This document shows, piece after piece, positions 55,385-64,000 of a DNA stretch of 64,000 nt. The number at the start of each line of letters is the position of its first letter. Within the stretch, counting starts at the first letter, position 1. The stretch comes from Acidobacteriota bacterium. GTDB lineage: Bacteria > Acidobacteriota > CAIWXX01. Under the pieces are notes generated by a model that did not search any database, was not told the DNA's origin, and saw only the letters and a list, made by a program, of their open reading frames with translations. The translations under genes were made by a program, and so were the position numbers. Where the stretch lies: NCBI GenBank assembly GCA_040755995.1, contig JBFMAF010000037.1, forward strand, positions 128,001-192,000. Direction: 5' to 3'.

Positions 55385-57865
55385 ATGCTATGGTCGAAGA
55401 CTGATTTGACAAGGTGTGCCAGTCTGGCACTGCTGCTGGCTCTCTTAGCGGGTGCGCCAGGCCTTGCCGCCATCACGGTGGCCCCGCATGCCGACTTCGA
55501 CGGCGATGGCCTGGGGGACATCGCGGTGGCCCGCAAGCAGAGCGCCACCACTGTCGACTGGGGAATTCGGTTCTCCAAGACGGGTCTGCTCGACAGCTGG
55601 TCTGGCTGGTACAGCTTCGACTACGGCAACGAGGGCGACAAGTTCTACGCCGGCGACTTCGACGGCAACGGCCGCACCGACATGGCACTCTGCCGCCGGA
55701 ACAGCTCTAGCACATACGCATGGGCCGTCCGGTACTCCACCACGGGCTCCATGAACAATGATGCCGGCTTCCTCGTCGCCGACTTCGGCAACGATGGCGA
55801 CTTCTACTTCATCGGAGATTTCAACGGCGACGGCAAGGACGACGTCGCCATATGCCGTCCCGACGGGTCGTACTTCGACTGGGGTGTCGAGTACTCCGGG
55901 TCGCGCTTCATGCAGACCTGGACCGGCTGGAGCATACAGAACTGGGGCATGAAGGGCGACAGGTTCTATGTCGGAGACTTCGATGGCAACGGCAAGGCCG
56001 ACGTGGCTCTGTGCCGACATGAGAATCCGTACGGCTTGAAGTGGTACATCCGCTACTCCACTACCGGCTTCCTCAACTACAGCGCCCTGCTCCTCAGCGA
56101 CTTCGGCAACGCCTACGACGAGTTCCACGTCGGCGATTTCGACGGCAACGGCAAGAGCGATTTGGCGCTGGCGCGCCAGGTTACGACGACCGACATGGTC
56201 TGGGGCGTGCGCTACTCCAACACTCGGGCTCTTGACACGTGGGGCGGTTGGACGCGCCGTACGGAGGTGGGCAACGAGTACTTCGTCATGGACTTCGACG
56301 GCGATGACCAGAGCGAAATCGCTGTCAATAACTATGAAACTGAAACGAGGACTCGATGGGGCGTGTACTCCTCGGTATCGCGATTCCTGGACACCTGGAG
56401 CGGCTGGGTCATATCCGACTTCGGAGATCAAGAAGACCGGTTCCTGCCCGGCGGCGAGCTTGGCAACACGATCGAAGCGATCGCATTGAGGGAGCTCGGT
56501 GTCAACGGCGCCAACAGCCCGGGCTGGGTAGACTACTACTGCCACGGCAACTTCAGCAGCGGCGCGGACACGCTGTGGTGCAGCGAGTTTGTCTCTTGGT
56601 GCTACTACCGCGCCGGCAACCCCTTCACGGGCGGCACGTTCGATCCCGGGGCCCCTTGGCTGCTGAACGGCAACAACATCGTCAAGGATTGGTTCGCTGC
56701 CAACGCCTTTTGGTGGGACAACCGGCGCGACCTTCCCCTGGTCCTCAAGCCCGGCAACTACGTCCGCACTCAGAACAGCACCGGTGTGAAACACAGCCGC
56801 ATGGTCCAGCGCGTGATCGGCACGACTCTTTACACCGTCGAGGGGAACAGCGGGAACCAGGTGCACAAGCGCATCGTCACCAATTTCCTCAGCGACACCA
56901 ACGTGCTCGGATTCGGGCGGCTCTACGACAATGACCGCGAAGACTGGAAGGTCCAGGCGAGCTCGACCAACCTGTATCTCCGAGGCGTCTGCTTCCCATC
57001 CTCGACCACCGGCTACGCGGTCGGCCACGACGGCATCGTGATCAAGACGACTGACGGAGGAACCAACTGGAACCCGGTGACCGTCAGCGTGGGCGGAGCG
57101 GCTGTCACATCGGACCTCTATGCGACTCAGTTCACGAGCACCAACACGGGATACATCGTAGGCGAGGGAGGCCTGATCCTGAAGACGACCAACGGCGGCT
57201 CTTCATGGACACGGCAGACCAGCGGCACCACCGCCTCGATCTACGGCATCCGCTTCGGTTTCTCAGCCGCCATCGCCGTTGGCCAGTACGGGACCATCCT
57301 GCGCACCACGAACAGCGGATCGACCTGGACAAGCGTGACCAGCGGAACCACGCAATACCTTCGAGATGTCGACTGGGGCTCCTCCACCAAGGCCGTCGCC
57401 GTGGGCGACTACGGGACGATCCTGGTGTCGACAAACTCGGGGCAGAACTGGGTCGCCAAGACCAGCGGGACCACGGCGCACCTCAACGGCGTCAAGATGG
57501 ACGCGGGCTACATGGCTCCCGGCTACACAGGTTGGGTCGTGGGAACGAGCGGCACCATCCGGCGCACCACCAACGGCGGCGACACCTGGAGCGCCCAGAC
57601 GACCGGCACGACGTCGAACCTGTATGACATCGACATGGTGACATCCACCACGGGCCATGCCGTCGGTGCCTGGGGGACGATCCTGAGGACCACCAACGGC
57701 GGTAGCTCGTGGACGTCTCAGAAGAGCGGCGAGTCCGAGACGTTCCAGTGTGTAGACGGTACGGGCAGTCTCAGTGCCTGGACCGTCGGCTCTAACGGCT
57801 TTGTCCTCCGCTGCGTCAAAGGCGGCGGGCCGCTCTCGAGCGCCAGAGCCGGACGTCGACGTTGA
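55385..57865 (+). CDS. Secreted FG-GAP/VCBS repeat + CHAP + YCF48/BNR propeller protein
   Basis: AAGGAG RBS, signal peptide, six DFDGxG repeats, WCSEFVSW / KHSRMV / TVEGNS, then TTNGG.SW repeats. Confidence 0.85.
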   Translation: MLWSKTDLTRCASLALLLALLAGAPGLAAITVAPHADFDGDGLGDIAVARKQSATTVDWGIRFSKTGLLDSWSGWYSFDYGNEGDKFYAGDFDGNGRTDMALCRRNSSSTYAWAVRYSTTGSMNNDAGFLVADFGNDGDFYFIGDFNGDGKDDVAICRPDGSYFDWGVEYSGSRFMQTWTGWSIQNWGMKGDRFYVGDFDGNGKADVALCRHENPYGLKWYIRYSTTGFLNYSALLLSDFGNAYDEFHVGDFDGNGKSDLALARQVTTTDMVWGVRYSNTRALDTWGGWTRRTEVGNEYFVMDFDGDDQSEIAVNNYETETRTRWGVYSSVSRFLDTWSGWVISDFGDQEDRFLPGGELGNTIEAIALRELGVNGANSPGWVDYYCHGNFSSGADTLWCSEFVSWCYYRAGNPFTGGTFDPGAPWLLNGNNIVKDWFAANAFWWDNRRDLPLVLKPGNYVRTQNSTGVKHSRMVQRVIGTTLYTVEGNSGNQVHKRIVTNFLSDTNVLGFGRLYDNDREDWKVQASSTNLYLRGVCFPSSTTGYAVGHDGIVIKTTDGGTNWNPVTVSVGGAAVTSDLYATQFTSTNTGYIVGEGGLILKTTNGGSSWTRQTSGTTASIYGIRFGFSAAIAVGQYGTILRTTNSGSTWTSVTSGTTQYLRDVDWGSSTKAVAVGDYGTILVSTNSGQNWVAKTSGTTAHLNGVKMDAGYMAPGYTGWVVGTSGTIRRTTNGGDTWSAQTTGTTSNLYDIDMVTSTTGHAVGAWGTILRTTNGGSSWTSQKSGESETFQCVDGTGSLSAWTVGSNGFVLRCVKGGGPLSSARAGRRR

Positions 57866-57946
57866 TCCCCGGATTTCTCGTGTCAAACAGATGTGTGCAG
57901 CGAACGTCTTCCCACGCTCATGAGCAAGGAGCGTGATGAGGGAATC

Positions 57947-59551
57947 ATGACTGCGGCAAAGAGAATCTCGATGTTGTTGTTGATCCCCGCGATCGTGGCC
58001 GTGTCGGCGGAAGTGTCTGATGCCGGTCACAGGTGGGTGCGTTCCTTTGGCACCCAATATCAGGTCAGTTCGGTCTGCCAGAATGCCGATGGGAGCTTCA
58101 CCGTCGCGGGAAGAACCACCGGCAACGACCTCTGGTGCGCGAAACTCGATGCGTCGGGCGAAATAGTCTGGCAGCAGGCCTACGGGAATGCGGCCAGTGA
58201 ATGGGCGTTCGCCGTGCAACCAATGGCAGATGGCGGGAATATCGCCGCAGGCTGGACCACCACCGGAGGGATCACTCGCGCCTGGTGCTTGAGGCTGGGT
58301 GCCTCTGGAAATATCCTATGGCAGAAGGCCTACGGCAACTCCTCGCTAACGACTCCCAACATGATCAGACCGACTGCTGACGGCGGGGCCGTTCTCATCG
58401 GGTATGTGCGAACTACATTCGGTGACAATGACATCCTCGTGGTCAAGCTCGATCTCTCGGGCAACATAGTCTGGCAGAAGCAGATCGGGTGGGCCGGCAA
58501 TGATTCGGGCGCGGATATCTGGCAGACCAGCGACGGGGGCTACGTGGCGGTCGGTCAGGTGGGAACTGCCCTGCTCGTCATCAGGTTGGACGCGACCGGC
58601 AACGTCCTCTGGATGCGCTCCTACGGAGGCTACTGGACTTCCGGCGGGTCTATTCGGCAGACCAGCGATGGAGGCTACGTCGTTGCTGCGCGTGTGTCGG
58701 GGTCAGGGTTGGACGACGCATGGTGCATCAAGCTGGACCCATCCGGCAACGTGGCCTGGCAGCGGGCGTATGGCGGGCCAGGACCTGAGGCGCTCCGCCT
58801 CCGGGTCCAGCAGACCTCCGACGGCGGCTACTCGCTTTTCGGAGACACCGCGTCATTTGGCTCGGGGTCCAACGATCTCTGGCTGGTGAAGCTCGACCAG
58901 GACGGCAATGTCTCCTGGTCCAACGCCTACGGCACGAGCGCACCCGAGGTGTTCCACTCGGGCGAGCAAACGAGCGAGGGCGGCTTCGTCATGTCCGGCT
59001 GGGCATATGGAGGCCTGATGTCCGGCAGCTTCGTCGTCCGGACGACCACTGACGGGACCATTGACGCGGGCTGCGGAACGTTCGTTCAGCCGTGCGCGCC
59101 GACCGTCACAAACACTAGTGCCTCCAACGTCCTGCAAAGTGGAGCCCAAAACAGCACGTATCCCGCGGTCACGACTGTCGCCGGGGCCAGCACCACTGCT
59201 GCCGTGTCGAATCTGTACTGCTCCCTCTCGGAGGGCGCGGACTTTACGGGCGCTTGGAGTAACCTCAGGAAGAGGGGATCGCGGATCAGCGGGAAATTCA
59301 GCGTCGTGAATACCGGCAATATCAACGGCGAGAACTGCGTCGTGAAGGTGTATTCCTCCAAAACCCAACAGGTCGGACGAAAGGCGAAGCCGGTGAAGAC
59401 GCAGAACGTCCCCACCCTGGGCATGGACAAGACCTACAGGTTCAATGTGCGGGCCATACCTGGCTCCAAGGACAAGTACATCATCGCGGTCATCGAGCAC
59501 TCGAAAGACGTGGATATGTCCGACAACAAGATTGCCGCGTCGTTGCCCTGA
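57947..59551 (+). CDS. Secreted beta-propeller protein with a CARDB-like C-terminal domain
   Basis: Signal peptide; QTSDGGY / KLD.SGNI.WQK.YG repeats; basic C-terminal Ig-like domain. Confidence 0.8.
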   Translation: MTAAKRISMLLLIPAIVAVSAEVSDAGHRWVRSFGTQYQVSSVCQNADGSFTVAGRTTGNDLWCAKLDASGEIVWQQAYGNAASEWAFAVQPMADGGNIAAGWTTTGGITRAWCLRLGASGNILWQKAYGNSSLTTPNMIRPTADGGAVLIGYVRTTFGDNDILVVKLDLSGNIVWQKQIGWAGNDSGADIWQTSDGGYVAVGQVGTALLVIRLDATGNVLWMRSYGGYWTSGGSIRQTSDGGYVVAARVSGSGLDDAWCIKLDPSGNVAWQRAYGGPGPEALRLRVQQTSDGGYSLFGDTASFGSGSNDLWLVKLDQDGNVSWSNAYGTSAPEVFHSGEQTSEGGFVMSGWAYGGLMSGSFVVRTTTDGTIDAGCGTFVQPCAPTVTNTSASNVLQSGAQNSTYPAVTTVAGASTTAAVSNLYCSLSEGADFTGAWSNLRKRGSRISGKFSVVNTGNINGENCVVKVYSSKTQQVGRKAKPVKTQNVPTLGMDKTYRFNVRAIPGSKDKYIIAVIEHSKDVDMSDNKIAASLP

Positions 59552-59615
59552 CCGGCCCCACCGTTCTGTGCGCAGAACTCCGGGCATAGAGCCCACCGCG
59601 ATCAAGGGAGGAGAC

Positions 59616-60968
59616 ATGAGGAGAATCGCAGTTCTTGCCATCGTAGCGGCATTGATCGGATCATCGCCGCTCGCGGCGCAGAGCCGCTGGGCGAAAGCCT
59701 TCGGGACTCCATTCTGGGACGAGGGGATGGCGCTTGCCTTGAAGGCGGACGGGACGATCCTGGTCACGGCCGAAACCGACACGCGTGGCGCGTCAACCGG
59801 AGACGCCTGCTACATGGGGCTGAGCTCCACCGGGCAGATCCTCCAGCGGCAGATCGTGTCGGTCAACGGAAAGTGGATCTCCCCGAGAGGGTTGGCAGCG
59901 ACAGCCGACGGTGGAGCCGTCATCGTGGGGCACACGGGCACCTACAATCCGTCTCAGGATCGGTCCAAGCGCGACGCGCGGATCATCCGGCTGGATCAGA
60001 CGGGCGCGATTCGCTGGCAGGCCGGCTACGGCAGGGCTTCCGACGACGAGTCGCTGGCCAGTGTCGTGGAGACGGCTGACGGTGGGTTTGCAATGTGCGG
60101 CTATGTGACGAAAGGCAATTCCGAGAACAGCGACCTGTGGGTGCTGCGCACCAACAAGAACGGCAAGGCGCTCTGGCAGCACACGTACGGCGGCCCGCGC
60201 GAGGATTTCAGCGGGACCATTGTGGCGACCGAGGATGGAGGGTTCGCGGTCTGCGCCAAGCTGGAGCTCGATGCCATGGGCAACTGGGATGGATGGGTTC
60301 TGCGTCTCGACGCCGAAGGAGAGACCGTGTGGCAGATGAGGTATGGCGGGGCGGGCACCGAGTGGTTCACGGACATCATCACGCAGCCCGACGGCGGGTT
60401 CCTTCTGGTCGGCCCGACTGATGCGGGCGCCGGGAGCTACGACGCCTGGGTCGTCAAGATCGATTCCAGCGGCAAGTTCTTGTGGCAGAAGATGTACGGG
60501 ACCACGAAGAACGAGCGATTCTACTCCATTGCACCAGTCGCGTCCGGCGGAACGATCGCGTGCGGCTGGACCGAAGCCTCCGGAGCGGGCGAGGACGACG
60601 CGTGGCTGGCTCGGCTGGATGCGTCCGGGAAGATCCTCTGGCAGAAGACATACGGAGGCAGCAGCGAGGACCGGGCGTACGCAGTCCGTGAGCTCTCGGA
60701 TGGAAGTCTGGTCACCATTGGAACGACCGAGTCGTTCGGCGCAGGCGAGAGCGACGCCTGGGTGCTCAGGGTCGGCAGCTCCGGCGGCATCGATTCATCC
60801 TGCGGCACGCTGGTGGCTCCGAGCCGCGCCAGCACGCGGAATGGCACTGCGAAGGCGACGAGCACGTCTTACGCAGCCGCCAATCCGTCGGTTCCAAAGG
60901 CAGCCACGTCGCAGAAGCAGAAGTCCTTCAAGCTGGTCGCGACATCCATCTGCCAGTCGCCATCGTAG
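59616..60968 (+). CDS. Secreted beta-propeller protein, paralogue of the upstream gene
   Basis: GGGAGGAG RBS, signal peptide, same repeat type, no C-terminal Ig domain. Confidence 0.8.
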   Translation: MRRIAVLAIVAALIGSSPLAAQSRWAKAFGTPFWDEGMALALKADGTILVTAETDTRGASTGDACYMGLSSTGQILQRQIVSVNGKWISPRGLAATADGGAVIVGHTGTYNPSQDRSKRDARIIRLDQTGAIRWQAGYGRASDDESLASVVETADGGFAMCGYVTKGNSENSDLWVLRTNKNGKALWQHTYGGPREDFSGTIVATEDGGFAVCAKLELDAMGNWDGWVLRLDAEGETVWQMRYGGAGTEWFTDIITQPDGGFLLVGPTDAGAGSYDAWVVKIDSSGKFLWQKMYGTTKNERFYSIAPVASGGTIACGWTEASGAGEDDAWLARLDASGKILWQKTYGGSSEDRAYAVRELSDGSLVTIGTTESFGAGESDAWVLRVGSSGGIDSSCGTLVAPSRASTRNGTAKATSTSYAAANPSVPKAATSQKQKSFKLVATSICQSPS

Positions 60969-61015
60969 CTCGTCCCTGCTGCCGGCGGTTGGGACCTGGT
61001 AGCGTGTTCGCATCG

Positions 61016-62929
61016 CTACGTCTTGAATCCCAGCAGGTTCCAGTAGTTCAGCCACAGCAGAAAGGCCGCCTCTGCAACCAGCAGCCCGGTGCACCACACG
61101 CGCGCGAAGCGCGATCCGCTACTCCTTCTATAGGCCTGCACGAGCAATGCCAGCAGTACCGCAGCGACCACCGCGGCGGCCAGCGGCGCGCACAGCATCG
61201 CCACGACGACTCCAGGCAGGCCGTACATGAACTCCCAACGATCCATGAACGTCATTACGCACGGGAGACCGACGATCAAGACCAGGTTCAGCAGTGACAG
61301 CAGTGCCGCAAGAACCCCGGGAAGTTGAGGTCCACTCGAAAGTCCCAGGCCGGCACCTCCGAAGATGGCCCCGATCGGCGCTGCGACGAAGCATAGCAGG
61401 AATGCGATAGCCAACCCCAGCTGGAACGGTCTCGTCTCGTACCATCCCAGCTTCTCATAAGCGCCGGTGCCTATGAACATGCGCTCGACAGCGCCCTCCG
61501 CATCCTCCGCAAACGCCACGAAGCTCGCGCCTTCTCGCCATCGGAACAGCCCGGGCTCGACCTCCACCAGCGCACTCCCAAATGCCGTGAGAGTGCCGTC
61601 GCGCCCGTCAGACACGACCACCTGTTCGTCCAGCGAGATGATCTTCTCGAGCGTGCGGCGCGAGTACATGTGCAGCGACCGGTAGTAGCCCGCGTACGGC
61701 GCCGCTCGGGCCGCGAAATCGCCAGGCGGCTTCAGCTCGGACGGCGGCGCCGGGGCAGGGAAGTATCGCTTCAAGAATTCCGTCGTGAACTCCGGAGAGA
61801 GCCGGGCGGCGTCCGTGAACTGATCGGCGTTGAATGCGATGAAGAATCCGACGTGGTGCTCGGGAACGAGGAACACGCGCGCAAGAAACCCCGGCATACC
61901 GCCGTCGTGGAAGATGGCACGCTGCCCGCGTTCGGTCCACTCGGAGAATCCATAGGCGCGCCCGCGGAGCTTGGGATGGTGGCTCACCTGCCGGCGATGC
62001 ATCTCCTCGACTGTGGACTCCTCCAGTATCCGCGCCTCGCCGAATCGGCCGCCTTCCAGGTGGGCGATAATGAAGGCGACCATGTCGCGTGCAGTACCCT
62101 GCAAGGCGGCAGCCGGTACAACCTCTGCGAAGTCGTACGCGTAGGGCACGTTCCTACCGCCTTTGTATGCATATCCCGCGGCCATGCGGCCCATGACCGG
62201 AGGAGGCATCGGCTGCTCGAAGCTGCTGCTACTCATCCCGAGCGGCCGGAAGATATTCCTGTCGACGTAGGTCGCGAACGGCATCCCCGTGGCCTCTTCG
62301 ACCAGGTATCCCGCCAGCGACATCCCGAAGTCGCTGTACGCGATGGTGTCTCCGGGCGGCATCACCCGGGGCGGCATGCGACGCGCCAGGTATTCCCCTA
62401 GCGGAACGAACTCCGGGGCCGGGCGCACGTGCATCCCGATGTGCCGCTCGTCGAAACCTCCGGTGTGCTTGAGCAGGTCCGCGAGAGAGACCGGTTGGGG
62501 GAACCTATCTGGAAGCTTGAAGAGGTGCAGAGCGTTGTTGACGTCGTCGCCGAGCCGCAGCTTGCCGCACTCGACAAGCTGCATCACCGCGGTCGCAGTG
62601 ACGACCTTCGAGACCGAGCCCAACCGGAAGACCGTGAGATTCGGGTCCACTCGGACCTGCTTTTCGATGTCCGCGAGCCCGTATCCGCGCAGCTGAATCG
62701 CGCGCCCGTCCTTTACCACCGCCACCACAGCCCCGGGAATGTGAAGCTCCGACATCTTGCTCGCGAAATACCCGTCGAGGAACGACGCCAGCTCTGCAGC
62801 ATCGGTCGGGCCCGTGAGGGCAGCCGCCTGGGCCTCAGCGACAGCCTGCTGAGTTGTCGCGGACTCCGCCCCGCCGGCCAGAGGGGTTGTCGCGAGAAAC
62901 CACCAGAGGATGTTGATAGGTCTTCTCAT
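61016..62929 (-). CDS. Serine hydrolase (beta-lactamase/PBP family) with C-terminal TMs
   Basis: FRLGSVSK (SxxK), LLKHTGG, YSD, HDGG; AAGGAG RBS. Confidence 0.88.
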   Translation of the reverse strand: MRRPINILWWFLATTPLAGGAESATTQQAVAEAQAAALTGPTDAAELASFLDGYFASKMSELHIPGAVVAVVKDGRAIQLRGYGLADIEKQVRVDPNLTVFRLGSVSKVVTATAVMQLVECGKLRLGDDVNNALHLFKLPDRFPQPVSLADLLKHTGGFDERHIGMHVRPAPEFVPLGEYLARRMPPRVMPPGDTIAYSDFGMSLAGYLVEEATGMPFATYVDRNIFRPLGMSSSSFEQPMPPPVMGRMAAGYAYKGGRNVPYAYDFAEVVPAAALQGTARDMVAFIIAHLEGGRFGEARILEESTVEEMHRRQVSHHPKLRGRAYGFSEWTERGQRAIFHDGGMPGFLARVFLVPEHHVGFFIAFNADQFTDAARLSPEFTTEFLKRYFPAPAPPSELKPPGDFAARAAPYAGYYRSLHMYSRRTLEKIISLDEQVVVSDGRDGTLTAFGSALVEVEPGLFRWREGASFVAFAEDAEGAVERMFIGTGAYEKLGWYETRPFQLGLAIAFLLCFVAAPIGAIFGGAGLGLSSGPQLPGVLAALLSLLNLVLIVGLPCVMTFMDRWEFMYGLPGVVVAMLCAPLAAAVVAAVLLALLVQAYRRSSGSRFARVWCTGLLVAEAAFLLWLNYWNLLGFKT

Positions 62930-62951
62930 GTGCGAGTACTCCTTTGCTCGA

Positions 62952-63632
62952 TCAATCACCAGGCGCGCCCAGGTAGGCCAGGAACGCGCGGGTGAGCTCG
63001 TTGACTAGTCGGGTATCAGAAATCGGGACGATCCTCGCCAGGTGCTCCCACAGTACAAGCTCCCGCAGCGTCAGCAGCACCATCACGGCTCCGAACCGGA
63101 CGGCCAGAGCGGGGTCCGGATGGTGGATCTCACGCCTCCTCCGGAGCAGCAGCTGCCCGAAGCGCGGCACCAGAGCATGCAGCCTCTCTTCGCGCTTCCT
63201 GTACTGTTTATCGGGCTTCGTTCGCGCTCGCAGCACCAGCGTGCGGATCAACCCTCGGTGCTCGCGATGGAAACGCAGCAGGGTCGCGATTGTCTGTCGG
63301 ATCAGATCGGGAAGCGCCGCCCCCTCCGAGGCCGCCCGTGTCCAGGTAGCTTCGATCCGCGTGGCGAACTGCTCCACATAGCGGTCGTCGAGGGCGTGCA
63401 GAAGCGCCTCCTTGTCGCGAAGTCGTCCGTAGAAACCCCCTACCGAGCACCCCGCTCTCCGGGCGATCTCCTGGACAGCCAGACTGTCGAAGTCGCGGTC
63501 CTCGATCAGCGCCTGCACCGCGTCGAGGATGCGTTCCAGCGTGCGCCGGCTCCTCTTCTGTCGCGGCGGTGCGCCCCAACGCGCCGCGCCGCGACCGGGG
63601 TTCGGATGTTGACCCACTGCCTTATCTGCCAT
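62952..63632 (-). CDS. TetR/AcrR-family regulator
   Basis: PRQKRSRRTLERILDA...EIARRAGCSVGGFY; GGAGGAG RBS before ATG 63632. Confidence 0.9.
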   Translation of the reverse strand: MADKAVGQHPNPGRGAARWGAPPRQKRSRRTLERILDAVQALIEDRDFDSLAVQEIARRAGCSVGGFYGRLRDKEALLHALDDRYVEQFATRIEATWTRAASEGAALPDLIRQTIATLLRFHREHRGLIRTLVLRARTKPDKQYRKREERLHALVPRFGQLLLRRRREIHHPDPALAVRFGAVMVLLTLRELVLWEHLARIVPISDTRLVNELTRAFLAYLGAPGD

Positions 63633-63656
63633 CTCTCCTCCGTTCCCATGCGAATA

Positions 63657-63670
63657 CGAATCCTGATTCG
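63657..63670. promoter_or_regulatory. Palindromic TetR operator candidate CGAATC-CT-GATTCG
   Basis: Perfect 6-bp arms about 25 nt upstream of the tetR start. Confidence 0.55.
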
Positions 63671-64000
63671 ATTTTGTTCCAGAGTTTGCCATGTGATATC
63701 GAAGAGACCCTCGCGCGCCTCGAGGAATCAATGAACCTCGGGAGCCCATACAGCGCCACGTAAGTCGGGCCGTATGCGGGTGGGCGTTCCGTCGGAGGCA
63801 TCGCCGGGAAGCATCCCGCGGCTGGGTACGTGGCGAGGGCTCAGGTCTGGCGCGGCCCAATGGCCGCAGATGCAAGGGCTGAGGCTATGCCCGCGAATAT
63901 GGCGCATCAGACGCCGTGCCGGCACGGTCAATCCGTTGTGGACTACTCACTCGCCGTATGGCTGCGTGAGTGCGCCAGCCCGGCCTCCATGATAGCCAGT

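Noticed and set aside
63700..64000. 3' end of a minus-strand gene entering from the right edge (e.g. LAIMEAGLAHSRSHTASE*)
   Set aside because: Too short to choose a frame or assign a family.
1..64000. tRNA, rRNA, integrase, transposase or prophage genes
   Set aside because: None recognised by eye; small RNAs could be missed without covariance-model searches.

Overview
A GC-rich bacterial chromosomal window with dense coding and no rRNA, tRNA, CRISPR array, integrase or transposase that I could recognise. The gene families suggest a diderm anaerobe, probably Acidobacteriota-like (inference from the Ser/Thr kinase-TolB_N-TPR, SpoIID-SPOR lipoprotein, GQxWP-type M1 peptidase and ECF-CHAT locus). 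In order, the window contains: an ArsF/ArsG/ArsP-family operon; a two-gene SUF-like minimal Fe-S system (smsCB); a TonB receptor-YfiR-hybrid kinase triad; an MNT-HEPN pair; a lipoprotein-TonB_C-SpoIID operon; a stand-alone dsrTMKJOP operon (no dsrAB/C in the window); and a glycosylation operon with a GT10 fucosyltransferase and two internally deleted gene remnants. A GH18 gene and a PuuB-like oxidase follow. Next is a ~10 kb accessory block between two copies of a 55-bp sequence; it holds an ECF sigma / zinc anti-sigma / membrane-anchored CHAT protease operon and secreted propeller proteins with basic IPT tails. The rest carries a kinase-less propeller sensor with a Zn-binding tail, an orphan SBP, two M1 peptidases (one fused to an ABC permease), vapBC, a sigma54-type promoter ahead of a CHAP-domain multi-propeller protein, and a TetR-serine hydrolase pair. 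The best candidate for an undescribed system is the ECF sigma / anti-sigma / extracytoplasmic CHAT protease module. All calls come from motif recognition by eye; no searches were run.
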